A stretch of 64,000 nt of DNA from Bacillota bacterium (GCA_023396045.1 JAEWXD010000002.1:704-64703), one strand, 5' to 3'. Positions 9,178 to 18,991 are shown, counted from the stretch's first letter. The notes: a model not told the origin generated them from the letters alone. Program-made: numbers and translations.

Positions 9178-10521
9178 TTAAAAACCTATTAAAACTCTGG
9201 CAATATTAAAGAATAGAATAAGGCCCAATGCATCTACCACGGTAGTAAGCATAGGTGCAGCCATAAGAGCAGGATCAAAACCCAATTTTTTAGCAAGTAC
9301 CGGGAAAAATGCACCGCTTAGCTTTGCAAGCAAAACAATGCACATTACAGACAAGCCTACCGTTAAACCCACCATAATACCGGCAGAGTTGAAAAAGTAC
9401 ACGCGCAAAAAGGAAATAACACCCAAAGCAACACCAATAATAGAGGCAATACCCAGTTCTTTACGAACAATTTTAAAGAAATTACTTACAGTTAATTCCC
9501 CTGTTGCCAAACCGCGAATAATTAAGGTGCTGGCTTGGCTACCTGCATTACCGCCGGTATCTGTAAGCATGGGTATAAAGGTTACCAAAATGGGAATAGC
9601 CACAAAAGCATTCTCAAAAGAGCCAAGAATTAAGCCGTTGAGCATGCCGGTAACCATGAGCAGCAACAACCATACAAAACGCTTTTTGGTATGTTCTATT
9701 ACGCTGGTTTCTAAGTAGCCTTGCTCGGAAGGGGATACCGCTGCCATGATGGCAAAGTCTTCGCTGGCCTCTTGTTGTGAAATATGGAGCATATCGTCCA
9801 TGGTGATGGCACCAACAGCTCTGCCTTCTTTATCCACCACAGGCAATACAAGCAAGCCCATATCTCGCATCATATGCAATGCTGTTTCTTGGTCGCTATC
9901 GGTACTTACAGATACAGGGTGCTTTTGTTCAATATCTTGCAAAAGCAAACCATCCTCACTATCTAAGATCTCGGCTAATTCTATGGTGCCCAGCAATTTG
10001 CCACCCGGTGAAATTACAAAGCAGGATAATAAAATTTCATTTTGCCTGCGTTGTTTACGTATATGTTGCAGTGCGTCTTGCACGGTCATGGTATTTTTAA
10101 GCAATATCATATTGGTAGACATAATGCTCCCACAAGATTCCTCCGGATACTGCAAAAAGCGGTTGATTTCTTCACGCTTTTCCTTAGGCAAAATACTCAG
10201 TATTCTACGCACTACATTGGCAGGCAATTCGTCTAAAATTTCTACGGCATCATCACTTTCCATGTTGTGCACAATGGCGTGCAAGTCTGTATCCTGCATG
10301 GCGTTGATGAGTTCTATTTGTTGGTCTAAATCCAAATAGGAAAACACCTCTGCCGCCGTGTCTTTCTCTAAAAAGCGAAAAAATGAAAGCTGCTCATTTT
10401 TTTCTAAACTTTCCAGCAGTTCTGCTGTTTCGGCAGCAAACAGTGTACCTACAATTTCTCGTAAGCCGGTGATATTGCGATTTTTGATGAGCATTCTAAT
10501 TTCTTCTATTTTATCTAACAT
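9178..10521 (-). CDS. mgtE: Magnesium transporter MgtE
   Basis: MgtE N-domain, CBS pair and TM domain with PMLTDTGGNAGSQ. ATG at 10521 is preceded by GGGAGGA. The upstream 20 codons in the ORF track are unsupported. Confidence 0.9.
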   Translation of the reverse strand: MLDKIEEIRMLIKNRNITGLREIVGTLFAAETAELLESLEKNEQLSFFRFLEKDTAAEVFSYLDLDQQIELINAMQDTDLHAIVHNMESDDAVEILDELPANVVRRILSILPKEKREEINRFLQYPEESCGSIMSTNMILLKNTMTVQDALQHIRKQRRQNEILLSCFVISPGGKLLGTIELAEILDSEDGLLLQDIEQKHPVSVSTDSDQETALHMMRDMGLLVLPVVDKEGRAVGAITMDDMLHISQQEASEDFAIMAAVSPSEQGYLETSVIEHTKKRFVWLLLLMVTGMLNGLILGSFENAFVAIPILVTFIPMLTDTGGNAGSQASTLIIRGLATGELTVSNFFKIVRKELGIASIIGVALGVISFLRVYFFNSAGIMVGLTVGLSVMCIVLLAKLSGAFFPVLAKKLGFDPALMAAPMLTTVVDALGLILFFNIARVLIGF

Positions 10522-10607
10522 GGCAATTTTTCCTCCCACAAACATATTTATCATACACATTCTATATACAATTGTAAACAATAAACTCTTATCAGTAATT
10601 ATTTTAC

Positions 10608-10628
10608 TTCAGAATTTGATATGATTTT
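10608..10628 (+). repeat. Copy A of a ~21-nt motif, TTCAGAATTTGATATGATTTT
   Basis: Near-identical to 10831-10851, with 2 mismatches over the 21 nt. Confidence 0.7.
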
Positions 10629-10830
10629 CCATATTTCTAAACAACGGAACCAATATTTAATACTCTCCTTATGGCTCGCGCTTTTTATTCTTGAATATGT
10701 AAGATATTCTTGTATCAAATGGTGCAGCAAACTCTTTGATTGGATTGTTTTTATACTCTCATTCAAAGTAAACCCTTCCTATTGCTGGTACATTATAAAT
10801 CTGCCATTCAAGAAGATTCTATATTTTTAG

Positions 10831-10870
10831 TTCAGAATTTGGTATGTTTTTGCAGAATTTCAGGTATTCA
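10831..10870 (+). repeat. Copies B and C of the same motif in tandem (TTCAGAATTTGGTATGTTTTT, then GCAGAATTTCAGGTATTCA)
   Basis: Direct repeats 63-102 nt upstream of the ABC operon start codon. Confidence 0.65.
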
Positions 10871-10932
10871 CAAACGATAATTTTGTATAAAATGTAAATA
10901 AATAAAATATAATATACATTTTGGAGGTATCT

Positions 10933-11940
10933 ATGAAAAAAGTATTATCTATTTTGCTTGTTTCCCTACTGTTATTGGGCGGCATTGCTTTGGCAGAAGA
11001 ACCAGCCCCCACCGGCAAATTGGTACTTTACAGCCCATTAACCACCAGCATGATTGAAAACATGCTCTCTATGTTTGAAAAAGAAACCGGTATTGAAACC
11101 GAGTGCTTAGCCATGGGTACAGGCGATGCTTTGAAAAGAATTATTTCTGAAGCAGAAAACCCACAAGCAGATATTTTGTGGAGTGGCACCATTGGCACTG
11201 TAGGTAGCAATGGCGAATATTTCCAAAATTACACCTGCGCTAACGAAGACGCATTCTACCCACCTTACAAAAACGTAGAAGGCAATCTGACCCGTTTTGA
11301 CTGCGTACCTTCTGTAATTATGATCAATACCGACCTTATTGGCGATATTGAAATCAAAGGTTACAAAGATTTATTAAAACCGGAGCTCAAAGGCAAAATT
11401 GTATTTGCAAACCCACAAGCTTCTTCCTCTTCTTTTGAACATTTGGTAAACATGCTCTATGCAATGGGTACCGATGGCCAACCCAACGGCTGGGACTATG
11501 TAACAGAATTCTGCAAGCAATTACCTAAGGGCACCGTAAACAGCTCCTCTGCTGTATACAAGGGCGTAGCTGACGGCGAGTATGCAGTAGGCTTAACCTT
11601 TGAACAAGGCGCAGCTACCTATGTATCTCAAGGCAATATTAAATTGGTTTACATGGAAGAGGGCGTAATTATCCGTGGCGATGGTGTTTATATTGTAAAA
11701 GATTGTAAAAACCTGCATAGTGCACGTGCATTTGTTGACTGGCTCACAAGTTATGATGCACAAAACTATATGAACAGCACACAATTTAGACGCACCATTC
11801 GTACAGACGTACCTGAAACCGAAAATATGGCAAGCATGACTTCTATCAATGTAATTGAAGATGATGAAAAAATTGCTTCTGCCAACAAAAAAGAATGGGT
11901 AGAAAAATTCCAAGAAATTTTAATTGAAGCAGCTGAATAA
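10933..11940 (+). CDS. ABC transporter substrate-binding protein, FbpA/AfuA/PotD-like family (usually annotated Fe3+)
   Basis: Signal peptide MKKVLSILLVSLLLLGGIALA, GGAGG ribosome-binding site. Family assigned from overall sequence character and operon partners. Confidence 0.75.
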   Translation: MKKVLSILLVSLLLLGGIALAEEPAPTGKLVLYSPLTTSMIENMLSMFEKETGIETECLAMGTGDALKRIISEAENPQADILWSGTIGTVGSNGEYFQNYTCANEDAFYPPYKNVEGNLTRFDCVPSVIMINTDLIGDIEIKGYKDLLKPELKGKIVFANPQASSSSFEHLVNMLYAMGTDGQPNGWDYVTEFCKQLPKGTVNSSSAVYKGVADGEYAVGLTFEQGAATYVSQGNIKLVYMEEGVIIRGDGVYIVKDCKNLHSARAFVDWLTSYDAQNYMNSTQFRRTIRTDVPETENMASMTSINVIEDDEKIASANKKEWVEKFQEILIEAAE

Positions 11941-11952
11941 CAGCACACATTA

Positions 11953-11976
11953 ACGGGCCGAAAAGGCCCGTTTATT
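11953..11976 (+). terminator. Intercistronic hairpin after the SBP gene
   Basis: ACGGGCC-gaaaa-GGCCCGT followed by TTATT. Confidence 0.55.
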
Positions 11977-11993
11977 ATAAAAGGAGATTCAAC

Positions 11994-13106
11994 ATGAGTG
12001 TAGCCATAGATATTAAAGATGTTTGTAAAAAATACGAAAACCTTACCATTATTCCACAGCTTTCTGCCCACATTCAAAACGGTGAGTTTTTTACGCTTTT
12101 GGGCCCATCCGGTTGTGGTAAAACCACTTTGCTTAGAATGATTGCGGGCTTTAACAGCATTGAAGCCGGCGAAATTGCCTTTGACGAAACCGTAATTAAC
12201 AATTTACCTGCCCATAAGCGAAACATTGGTATGGTATTTCAAAGTTATGCTATCTTCCCCCATTTAACAGTAGAAGAAAACGTTGCCTATGGTTTGAAAA
12301 TTAGAAAAGAAGGAAGCAAACAAATCAAAGAAAAAGTAGATAAAATATTAAAGCTTATTAAAATTGACGAATACAGAGATAGACTTCCTTCCAAACTTTC
12401 CGGTGGGCAACAACAACGTGTAGCCTTGGCGCGCGCCATTGTAATTCACCCCAAAGTATTGTTGATGGACGAACCACTCTCTAACTTAGATGCCAAGTTG
12501 CGTATAGAAATGCGTAGTGTAATTAAAGACATACAACACCAGATTGGCATTACCACTGTATATGTAACCCACGATCAAGAAGAAGCCTTGGCCATTTCTG
12601 ACCGCATTGCCGTTATGAACCATGGCGAAATTCAACAGATAGATAGCCCTGAAAATATTTATTCCAGACCCTTTAACGTATTTGTAGCTTGCTTTATTGG
12701 CCATTCCAACTTATTTAAAGCTACCGTTTCCATGGGTGAACAAGCAGAATTGCTATTTGCCAACGGCTATCGCTTGCCTATGCAAGGCTTAGCCAACGTT
12801 AAAGATGGCCAGGAAGTGATTGTAGGTGTGCGCCCCGAAGAATTTAGCGTTGCCAAAGAAGGCTTGCCTTGCACCATTAAGAGCAATACCTTCCTTGGTA
12901 GATACAACAACTATTTCTTAGATTTTGAAGATACCTTTATAGTGCCAAACCAAGCCAGCATAGAGTTCTCTCAAGATCTTGGCCATGCAGATACCATGTA
13001 CCGCCCCGGCGATGTATTATACCTGGTACCAAACGCAAAAAAAATCAATGTATTTGACGCCACTACACAAGAAAGTTTAATAAAGGATGTGCCAAAATAT
13101 GCGTAA
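11994..13106 (+). CDS. ABC transporter ATP-binding protein (FbpC/PotA-like, with a C-terminal regulatory domain)
   Basis: GPSGCGKTT, LSGGQQQRVALARA, LLMDEPLSNLD. Confidence 0.9.
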   Translation: MSVAIDIKDVCKKYENLTIIPQLSAHIQNGEFFTLLGPSGCGKTTLLRMIAGFNSIEAGEIAFDETVINNLPAHKRNIGMVFQSYAIFPHLTVEENVAYGLKIRKEGSKQIKEKVDKILKLIKIDEYRDRLPSKLSGGQQQRVALARAIVIHPKVLLMDEPLSNLDAKLRIEMRSVIKDIQHQIGITTVYVTHDQEEALAISDRIAVMNHGEIQQIDSPENIYSRPFNVFVACFIGHSNLFKATVSMGEQAELLFANGYRLPMQGLANVKDGQEVIVGVRPEEFSVAKEGLPCTIKSNTFLGRYNNYFLDFEDTFIVPNQASIEFSQDLGHADTMYRPGDVLYLVPNAKKINVFDATTQESLIKDVPKYA

Positions 13107-14754
13107 ATTGAAATTCGATTTTTGGACCATTGTAACAATAGGAATTATTGCCGTATTTGCATTGTTTTTAATCTACCCTTTGGCAAGTTTATTTATCAAC
13201 AGCTTCCAAGAAGAAGCCACCAATGCATTTACATGGGAAAACTTTACCAAGTTCTTCTCTAAAAAATATTACTATCGCAGCTTGCTCCAAAGCTTAAAGC
13301 TTACTTTTTGGGTAACCATTATTTCTCTATTGGTAGGCGTGCCTGTGGCATACTTTATGTCTTTCTTTAAAATTAAAGGTAAACCCATCGTCGAGATTTT
13401 AATCATTATTTCCATGATGAGCCCTAACTTTATTGGTGCATATTCTTGGATATTGATGCTTGGCCGCTCTGGCATTATTACCAAATTCTTCCAGAACCAA
13501 CTGGGTATCAACTTGCCTTCTATTTATGGTTTTGGCGGTATGTTGCTGGTATTTACCTTAAAGCTTTACCCCTTTATTTACATGTATGTATCCGGCGCAT
13601 TCAAAAAGGTAGACGTAGCCATTTACGAGGCTGCCGAAAGTCTTGGCTGCAACGGTGTAAAAAAAGTGTTTACAGTTGCTTTGCCCCTTGTAACCCCTAC
13701 TGCCGTTGCCTCTGCCCTGTTGGTGTTTATGAACTGCATGGCAGACTTTGGTACACCTGCTTTGATTGGCGAAGGCTATGATGTATTGCCGGTAAAAATC
13801 TACATGGAATTTGTTGGCGAATCCGGCGGTTCTGCACACTTTGCCTCTGCCATGGCCCTACTTATGGTAGTAATTACCGCAGTGCTATTCTTGCTTCAAA
13901 AATTCTATGTAAACAAAAAATCCTTTACCATGAGTGCAATGCGCCCCGTACAACCCAAAAAAGCCAAAGGCTTTGGTGGTTTTGCCATGCACGCATTCAT
14001 TTACTGCCTGGTAGCTCTTTCCATTGTGCCGCAATGTGTAGTGGTTTGGACTTCCTTCCGTAAAACACACCAGCAATCCTTTGTGCCCGGCTATACCTTT
14101 GAAAGCTACCAAAAAGTATTTAATACAGCACTTTCCAGCATAGCCAACACCTACTTGTATTGTGCCATTGCACTTGCTATAATCATTATATTAGGTATAT
14201 TTATTTCTTATTTATCTGTAAGAAAAAGAACATGGGTAACCAATACTTTGGATACTTTGGCCATGTTCCCTTATATTGTACCCGGTTCTGTGCTTGGTAT
14301 TACTTTACTATTGGCCTTCAACGGCAAAGGCGACCCCTTGGTGCTTTCCGGTACGGCTGTGATACTCATTATATCCTTGGTAATACGCAGACTGGCCTAT
14401 ACATTGCGTTCCAGCTCTGCCATTCTTTACCAAATCAGCCCCAGTATAGAAGAAGCTGCCATTTCTCTTGGTGATGCGCCCTCCAATGCCTTCTTTAAAG
14501 TAACTTTAAAAATGATGTTGCCCGGTGTAATCTCTGGCGCTATATTGAGTTGGATTACACTCATTAACGAGTTGAGCAGCTCTGTAATGTTATATACTGC
14601 ACGCACAAGAACCATATCCGTTGCCATTTACAACGAAGTTATACGCGCAAGCTATGGTACTGCAGCAGCACTGGCAAGCATATTAACGCTTACCACAATT
14701 GTTTCTCTGCTGGTATTTTTTAAACTAAGTGGTGGCAAAGACATCACCATGTAG
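13099..14754 (+). CDS. ABC transporter permease with a duplicated 2 x 6-TM domain (FbpB/AfuB-like)
   Basis: ~550-aa polytopic protein with two BPD-type permease halves. ATG at 13087 is an alternative start. Confidence 0.85.
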   Translation: MRKLKFDFWTIVTIGIIAVFALFLIYPLASLFINSFQEEATNAFTWENFTKFFSKKYYYRSLLQSLKLTFWVTIISLLVGVPVAYFMSFFKIKGKPIVEILIIISMMSPNFIGAYSWILMLGRSGIITKFFQNQLGINLPSIYGFGGMLLVFTLKLYPFIYMYVSGAFKKVDVAIYEAAESLGCNGVKKVFTVALPLVTPTAVASALLVFMNCMADFGTPALIGEGYDVLPVKIYMEFVGESGGSAHFASAMALLMVVITAVLFLLQKFYVNKKSFTMSAMRPVQPKKAKGFGGFAMHAFIYCLVALSIVPQCVVVWTSFRKTHQQSFVPGYTFESYQKVFNTALSSIANTYLYCAIALAIIIILGIFISYLSVRKRTWVTNTLDTLAMFPYIVPGSVLGITLLLAFNGKGDPLVLSGTAVILIISLVIRRLAYTLRSSSAILYQISPSIEEAAISLGDAPSNAFFKVTLKMMLPGVISGAILSWITLINELSSSVMLYTARTRTISVAIYNEVIRASYGTAAALASILTLTTIVSLLVFFKLSGGKDITM

Positions 14755-14770
14755 CTTGTAGGAGCAGATT

Positions 14771-16432
14771 ATGAGCAAAAATGTAAAATTAAAATTTAAG
14801 GATGAATTGCGCAATCAATTGATTCAACACAGCATCATTCTCTTTCTTATTTTAATTGCATTTTTGCTCTTTCTTTTTTACTTTATATTTTTGCACAATA
14901 TAAAAAAGAACACTGCAAATAAACTGCATATACTTGCCATGCAAAGCCAAAGCTTGTTGCAAAAAAGCCATGCCTTTGCAGAACAATTTATCCATAGCAC
15001 AGACATACCCTTCTATGTGCGCAACAAAAACTATCGGGCTGAAATAAACCAAAACCTATATAACTTTAAAAATGCACAATACCTAAAACCTCAAATTTAT
15101 ATACTAAACCAAAAACATGAGCTTTTGTTTAGCACACAAACCCAAGCAAGCCAGAAACAAAAAACCTTAGAAAACTTAGCACTAAAATTACCAAAGCACC
15201 GAGCTTCTGCACAAGGGCATTTTTTATCTTTATTTTCATATGAAAACCAACACGAAGCGCAATATTATATGTATTGCACAAGCCCCCAAGGCAACAGCCT
15301 TGTATTGGTATTTGACGCAAGCACATTTAGCAACCTAATGCAACCAAAATATACTCTACAAATATGCGACCAATACCAAAGCGTACTTGTAAGCAACCAA
15401 AACACCTTTATAGCAGAGCACGGAAAAATGCGTAAACTGCCTGCACAAAGCAACATCAAAGTAGAGGGCAAATACTACTACACACTTTCCCAAGGCTTGG
15501 GCTTTGATTTAACACTGCATATTTTTGCTTCTTTAGAAGAAATCTATGCCAACTTTACGCGCCCCATATATATGAGCGTTCTTTTATTTGTTGTTTTTAT
15601 TCTGATTATTTTACAAAGCAGTAAAAGTTTTGCAAGCAAAAAAACAAAGATTATTTATGAAATTGTAGATGCCCTGCAAGCCAGTAAAAACCACGGCCTT
15701 GCAAAGCTGAACATACAAAGCCAGGACGAGTTTTCTGTAATTGTACAAACTTATAACGAAATGGTAGACAGCATACAGGCTTTAATGCACAAAAATATAG
15801 AAATTACCAAAGAAACACAAGAAGCAAAAATAAAGCAGTTGGAAAGCGAGTTTAACCCCCATTTTCTGTTTAATACCTTAGAAAATATTCGCTTTATGGT
15901 GCGCCTAAACCCTGCCGCCGCCGAGGAAATGGTGCAACGATTAAGCCAGTTGTTGCGTTATAGCATAGCAGATGAAGCAGACTTCGTATTATTAAGCCAA
16001 GACCTTGTATATACCGAAAACTATTTGAAAATTTTACAATTCCGTTTTGGTGAAAGGTTAAGCTACAGTATTCGTAACCTTGCCCCCAACCAAACACATA
16101 TACCCAAATTGATTATGCAACCCATGATAGAAAACAGTGTGAAGTACGGTTTGCAAAGCAAAGAAAATATACATATACAGGTAGATATTACTGCCCAAAA
16201 CCAAATGTTGCACATTTGCATAAGCGATAATGGCGGTGGCTTTACCAAAGAAGCGTTAGAAACCGTATTACAAAGTATGCAAGAAAATAAGCGCTCCAGC
16301 CATATTGGTTTAAGCAATGTGCAAAAGCGTATACAGTTGCTATATGGCAAAGAATATGGTTTACATATACAAAACGAAGAGAATATAGGTAGCACTATTA
16401 CACTCACCCTACCCTTGGAGGCAACATGCTAA
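14771..16432 (+). CDS. Sensor histidine kinase, YesM/LytS-type
   Basis: Two TM helices flanking a ~230-aa extracytoplasmic domain; H-box FNPHFLFNTLENI; HATPase domain. Confidence 0.9.
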   Translation: MSKNVKLKFKDELRNQLIQHSIILFLILIAFLLFLFYFIFLHNIKKNTANKLHILAMQSQSLLQKSHAFAEQFIHSTDIPFYVRNKNYRAEINQNLYNFKNAQYLKPQIYILNQKHELLFSTQTQASQKQKTLENLALKLPKHRASAQGHFLSLFSYENQHEAQYYMYCTSPQGNSLVLVFDASTFSNLMQPKYTLQICDQYQSVLVSNQNTFIAEHGKMRKLPAQSNIKVEGKYYYTLSQGLGFDLTLHIFASLEEIYANFTRPIYMSVLLFVVFILIILQSSKSFASKKTKIIYEIVDALQASKNHGLAKLNIQSQDEFSVIVQTYNEMVDSIQALMHKNIEITKETQEAKIKQLESEFNPHFLFNTLENIRFMVRLNPAAAEEMVQRLSQLLRYSIADEADFVLLSQDLVYTENYLKILQFRFGERLSYSIRNLAPNQTHIPKLIMQPMIENSVKYGLQSKENIHIQVDITAQNQMLHICISDNGGGFTKEALETVLQSMQENKRSSHIGLSNVQKRIQLLYGKEYGLHIQNEENIGSTITLTLPLEATC

Positions 16433-17178
16433 AAGTAATTATTGTAGAAGACGAAGTGATGATTCGCAACGGGCTTGCTTGCACATTACCTTGGCAAGCC
16501 ATGAACTGTATTGTAGTAGATATTGCCAAAGATGGCGAAGAAGGCCTTCAAAAAATTATGGAGCATAAGCCTGATATTATACTAAGCGATATACAAATGC
16601 CAAAGTGCAACGGTTTGGAAATGGTAGAAAGGGCGCAAAAACAGGGTTATGTTTTTCACACCATATTCTTAACCAGCTATTCTGATTTTAACTATGCTAA
16701 AAAAGCCATTGACCTGCAATGTGCGCAATATTTACTAAAACCGCTTAACGAGGCAGAATTGGCAGCTGTAGTACAAAAAATTCAAGAACAACAAAGCCTT
16801 ACCCCAACAAACAATTCTACATTATTGCCGCTGGAACAGGATTATGAACATTTTATGCAATACAGCGGCAACCTGTATGTACAAAAATGTTTACAATATA
16901 TTCAGTTGCATTATATCGGCAAATGCAATATTGCCCATATTGCAGATACTTTAAAAATCAGCAGCAGTTATCTGAGCCGTAAGCTAAAAGAAGAATTACA
17001 CTATGGATTTTTAGATATTGTATCCATAGTACGGCTATACCACGCCTTGCAACTATTAAAGCAACAAAGCTATAAAATTTATGAAATTGCAGAGCAATGC
17101 GGTTTTAATGACTATAAGCATTTTTGCATTGTGTTTAAAAAATACATGCAATGTAGCCCCAGCAAATTTAAAATATGA
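16426..17178 (+). CDS. Response regulator with an AraC-type HTH output (YesN-like)
   Basis: REC domain (ILSDIQMPKCNG) plus a C-terminal AraC HTH. The gene overlaps the kinase gene by 7 nt. Confidence 0.9.
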   Translation: MLKVIIVEDEVMIRNGLACTLPWQAMNCIVVDIAKDGEEGLQKIMEHKPDIILSDIQMPKCNGLEMVERAQKQGYVFHTIFLTSYSDFNYAKKAIDLQCAQYLLKPLNEAELAAVVQKIQEQQSLTPTNNSTLLPLEQDYEHFMQYSGNLYVQKCLQYIQLHYIGKCNIAHIADTLKISSSYLSRKLKEELHYGFLDIVSIVRLYHALQLLKQQSYKIYEIAEQCGFNDYKHFCIVFKKYMQCSPSKFKI

Positions 17179-17211
17179 ATCCCTTTACTTTTCAGTAGAG
17201 GGATGTTTTTT
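17179..17211 (+). terminator. Rho-independent terminator of the ABC/two-component operon
   Basis: ATCCCT...AGGGAT stem followed by GTTTTTT. Confidence 0.7.
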
Positions 17212-17356
17212 ACCGCCGGCTTCATATATAACAATCAAAAATCAAATACCGGCAATTACATACTACAATATAAAAACATTTTACCACCCGATTTGCACAC
17301 CCGTTTTTCAAACACAATATAAACAGGGTATTTACTGCAACACTTCAATATTACAA

Positions 17357-17427
17357 CAAAAAGCCCTTTGCAAGTACATTTTGCAAAGGACTATGTTTTT
17401 TAAAAATAAAAAAAGCACAAAGTGCTT
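17357..17427 (-). terminator. Two tandem terminators downstream of the tRNA cluster
   Basis: AGCAC-ttt-GTGCT followed by T7 (17405-17427), and CCTTTGCAA/TTGCAAAGG followed by GCTTTTT (17357-17389). Confidence 0.75.
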
Positions 17428-17430
17428 ATA

Positions 17431-17504
<74 letters not shown>

Positions 17505-17536
17505 ATGCTGCACCAATGCTAACATAGATACAAAAA

Positions 17537-17612
17537 TGGAGCGGTAGACGAGATTCGAACTCGCGACATCCACCTTGGCAAGGTGGCACTCTACCAGCTG
17601 AGCTACTACCGC
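17537..17612 (-). tRNA. tRNA-Gly(GCC), CCA encoded
   Basis: Anticodon arm CCACC-TTGCCAA-GGTGG. Confidence 0.9.
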
Positions 17613-17618
17613 ATATGT

Positions 17619-17702
17619 TGGTGCGGGCGAAGAGACTTGAACTCCCACGTTTTACAACACTAGATCCTAAGTCTAGCGCGTCTGCCATTCCGCCACGCCC
17701 GC
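17619..17702 (-). tRNA. tRNA-Leu(UAG), long variable arm, CCA encoded
   Basis: 84 nt. Anticodon arm CTAGA-CTTAGGA-TCTAG. Confidence 0.9.
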
Positions 17703-17711
17703 AAAAAAAGA

Positions 17712-17787
17712 TGGTGATCCATCGGAGATTCGAACTCCGGACACCTTGATTAAAAGTCAAGTGCTCTACCGACTGAGCTAATGGATC
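17712..17787 (-). tRNA. tRNA-Lys(UUU), CCA encoded
   Basis: Anticodon arm CTTGA-CTTTTAA-TCAAG. Confidence 0.9.
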
Positions 17788-17794
17788 ATGTGAT

Positions 17795-17869
17795 TGGCAG
17801 GGGTAGCAGGATTTGAACCTACGAGTGCGAGAGTCAAAGTCTCGTGCCTTACCGCTTGGCTATACCCCT
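17795..17869 (-). tRNA. tRNA-Gln(UUG), CCA encoded
   Basis: Anticodon arm CGAGA-CTTTGAC-TCTCG; AGGGGTA/TACCCCT acceptor stem. Confidence 0.9.
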
Positions 17870-17892
17870 ATGAATAGCATATGGAATTAAAA

Positions 17893-17968
17893 TGGGGTGA
17901 GTAGTGGGACTTGAACCCACGACATCCAGAGCCACAATCTGGCGCTCTACCACTGAACTATACCCACC
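17893..17968 (-). tRNA. tRNA-His(GUG) with encoded G-1, CCA encoded
   Basis: Anticodon arm CCAGA-TTGTGGC-TCTGG. An extra 5' G lies opposite C73. Confidence 0.9.
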
Positions 17969-17969
17969 A

Positions 17970-18046
<77 letters not shown>

Positions 18047-18100
18047 ATAAGGAACGACCTAACATTCCGTGTAACACGAACATCGTGCTGACAAGTAAAG

Positions 18101-18129
18101 ATATTATCACATTGTTCGTGTTGTGTCAA
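18101..18129 (-). promoter_or_regulatory. Consensus promoter of the tRNA operon
   Basis: On the minus strand: TTGACA (18129-18124), 17-nt spacer, TAATAT (18106-18101). Confidence 0.75.
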
Positions 18130-18191
18130 GTATTTTTTATAGTTTTTTATAAAAATAATCAAAAAATATTCTGCTATTTATAGGCGTACTC

Positions 18192-18229
18192 CACAAAGGC
18201 TGTAAATACAGTGCTTCACAGCCTTTGTG
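18192..18229. terminator. 12-bp-stem hairpin downstream of the PPIase gene (non-canonical: the U-tract precedes the stem on the minus strand)
   Basis: CACAAAGGCTGT/ACAGCCTTTGTG with a 14-nt loop; A7 follows on the plus strand. Confidence 0.45.
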
Positions 18230-18236
18230 AAAAAAA

Positions 18237-18848
18237 TTATTGTTCCAATTCGTCTAACTCTGCAAGCTCTACACCCATAGTGTCTACTACAATTTTTTCA
18301 ATCACAGGGGGATTAATGGGCCTATCCATTGCACCGGTAGGAAGCTTTGCCATAGCGTCTACTACATCCATACCTTCTACCACTCTACCAAAGGCAGCGT
18401 ACTGCCCATCTAAAAACTGGCTGTCTTCATGAACAATAAAAAATTGAGAACCTGCACTGTTAGGCTCGTTGGTTCTTGCCCAAGAAATAACTCCACGCAT
18501 ATGGCTCAAAGGATTCTTAAAACCATTGCTTGCAAATTCACCTGTTATAGCATAGCCGGGGCCACCTGTGCCTTGCCCCAAGGGGTCGCCGCCTTGCACC
18601 ATAAAGCCTTTGATAATGCGGTGAAAAATAACATCTTTATAAAAATCCTTTTGTGCCAAACTTACAAAATTGGCAACCGATTGGGGCGCAATTTGCGGGT
18701 ATAAGTCCAGCACGATATCCCCCATATCTTTGATGGTGATGGTTGCTCTGATTGTTACCTCTTCTTTAGGCACTAATTCTGTATTTTCTGCCAATGCAAA
18801 AGAGAACAATAAACCTACACAAAGGAATACGCCGAGTAATTTTTTCAT
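18237..18848 (-). CDS. Secreted peptidyl-prolyl cis-trans isomerase, cyclophilin type
   Basis: Signal peptide MKKLLGVFLCVGLLFSFALA; FHRIIKGFMVQGGDP motif. GGAGG precedes the ATG at 18848. Confidence 0.9.
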   Translation of the reverse strand: MKKLLGVFLCVGLLFSFALAENTELVPKEEVTIRATITIKDMGDIVLDLYPQIAPQSVANFVSLAQKDFYKDVIFHRIIKGFMVQGGDPLGQGTGGPGYAITGEFASNGFKNPLSHMRGVISWARTNEPNSAGSQFFIVHEDSQFLDGQYAAFGRVVEGMDVVDAMAKLPTGAMDRPINPPVIEKIVVDTMGVELAELDELEQ

Positions 18849-18991
18849 AATACATAACCTCCATTCTTTGCTATTATAACACAGTCCATGGCTGTTGAAA
18901 CGCAAAAACACAGCTCATGTGTAACAAGATAAGCTTCTTTTGTAAAAAGTGCAAAAATTGGCTTTTATACAACTGTATTTGTTACAAAAAA

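Noticed and set aside
10522-10830. M-box (ykoK) Mg2+ riboswitch expected upstream of mgtE
   Set aside because: I read the minus-strand leader. It has none of the conserved M-box blocks (GTTAGGTGAGG, CTGCCC, GCTAATGGGTCAACAG, GCTAAAGCTCTACGA). A 9-bp long-range inverted repeat, TTCTTGAAT (10809-10817) / ATTCAAGAA (10686-10694), exists but is not diagnostic. An Infernal scan would be decisive.
10640-10932. Possible TPP riboswitch upstream of the FbpA/ThiB-like SBP, suggested by GGTGC, AACCCTT and CTGGTA fragments
   Set aside because: The invariant CUGAGA and ACCUGAUCUGGAUAAUGCCAGCG-type blocks are absent, and the fragments are in the wrong order and spacing.
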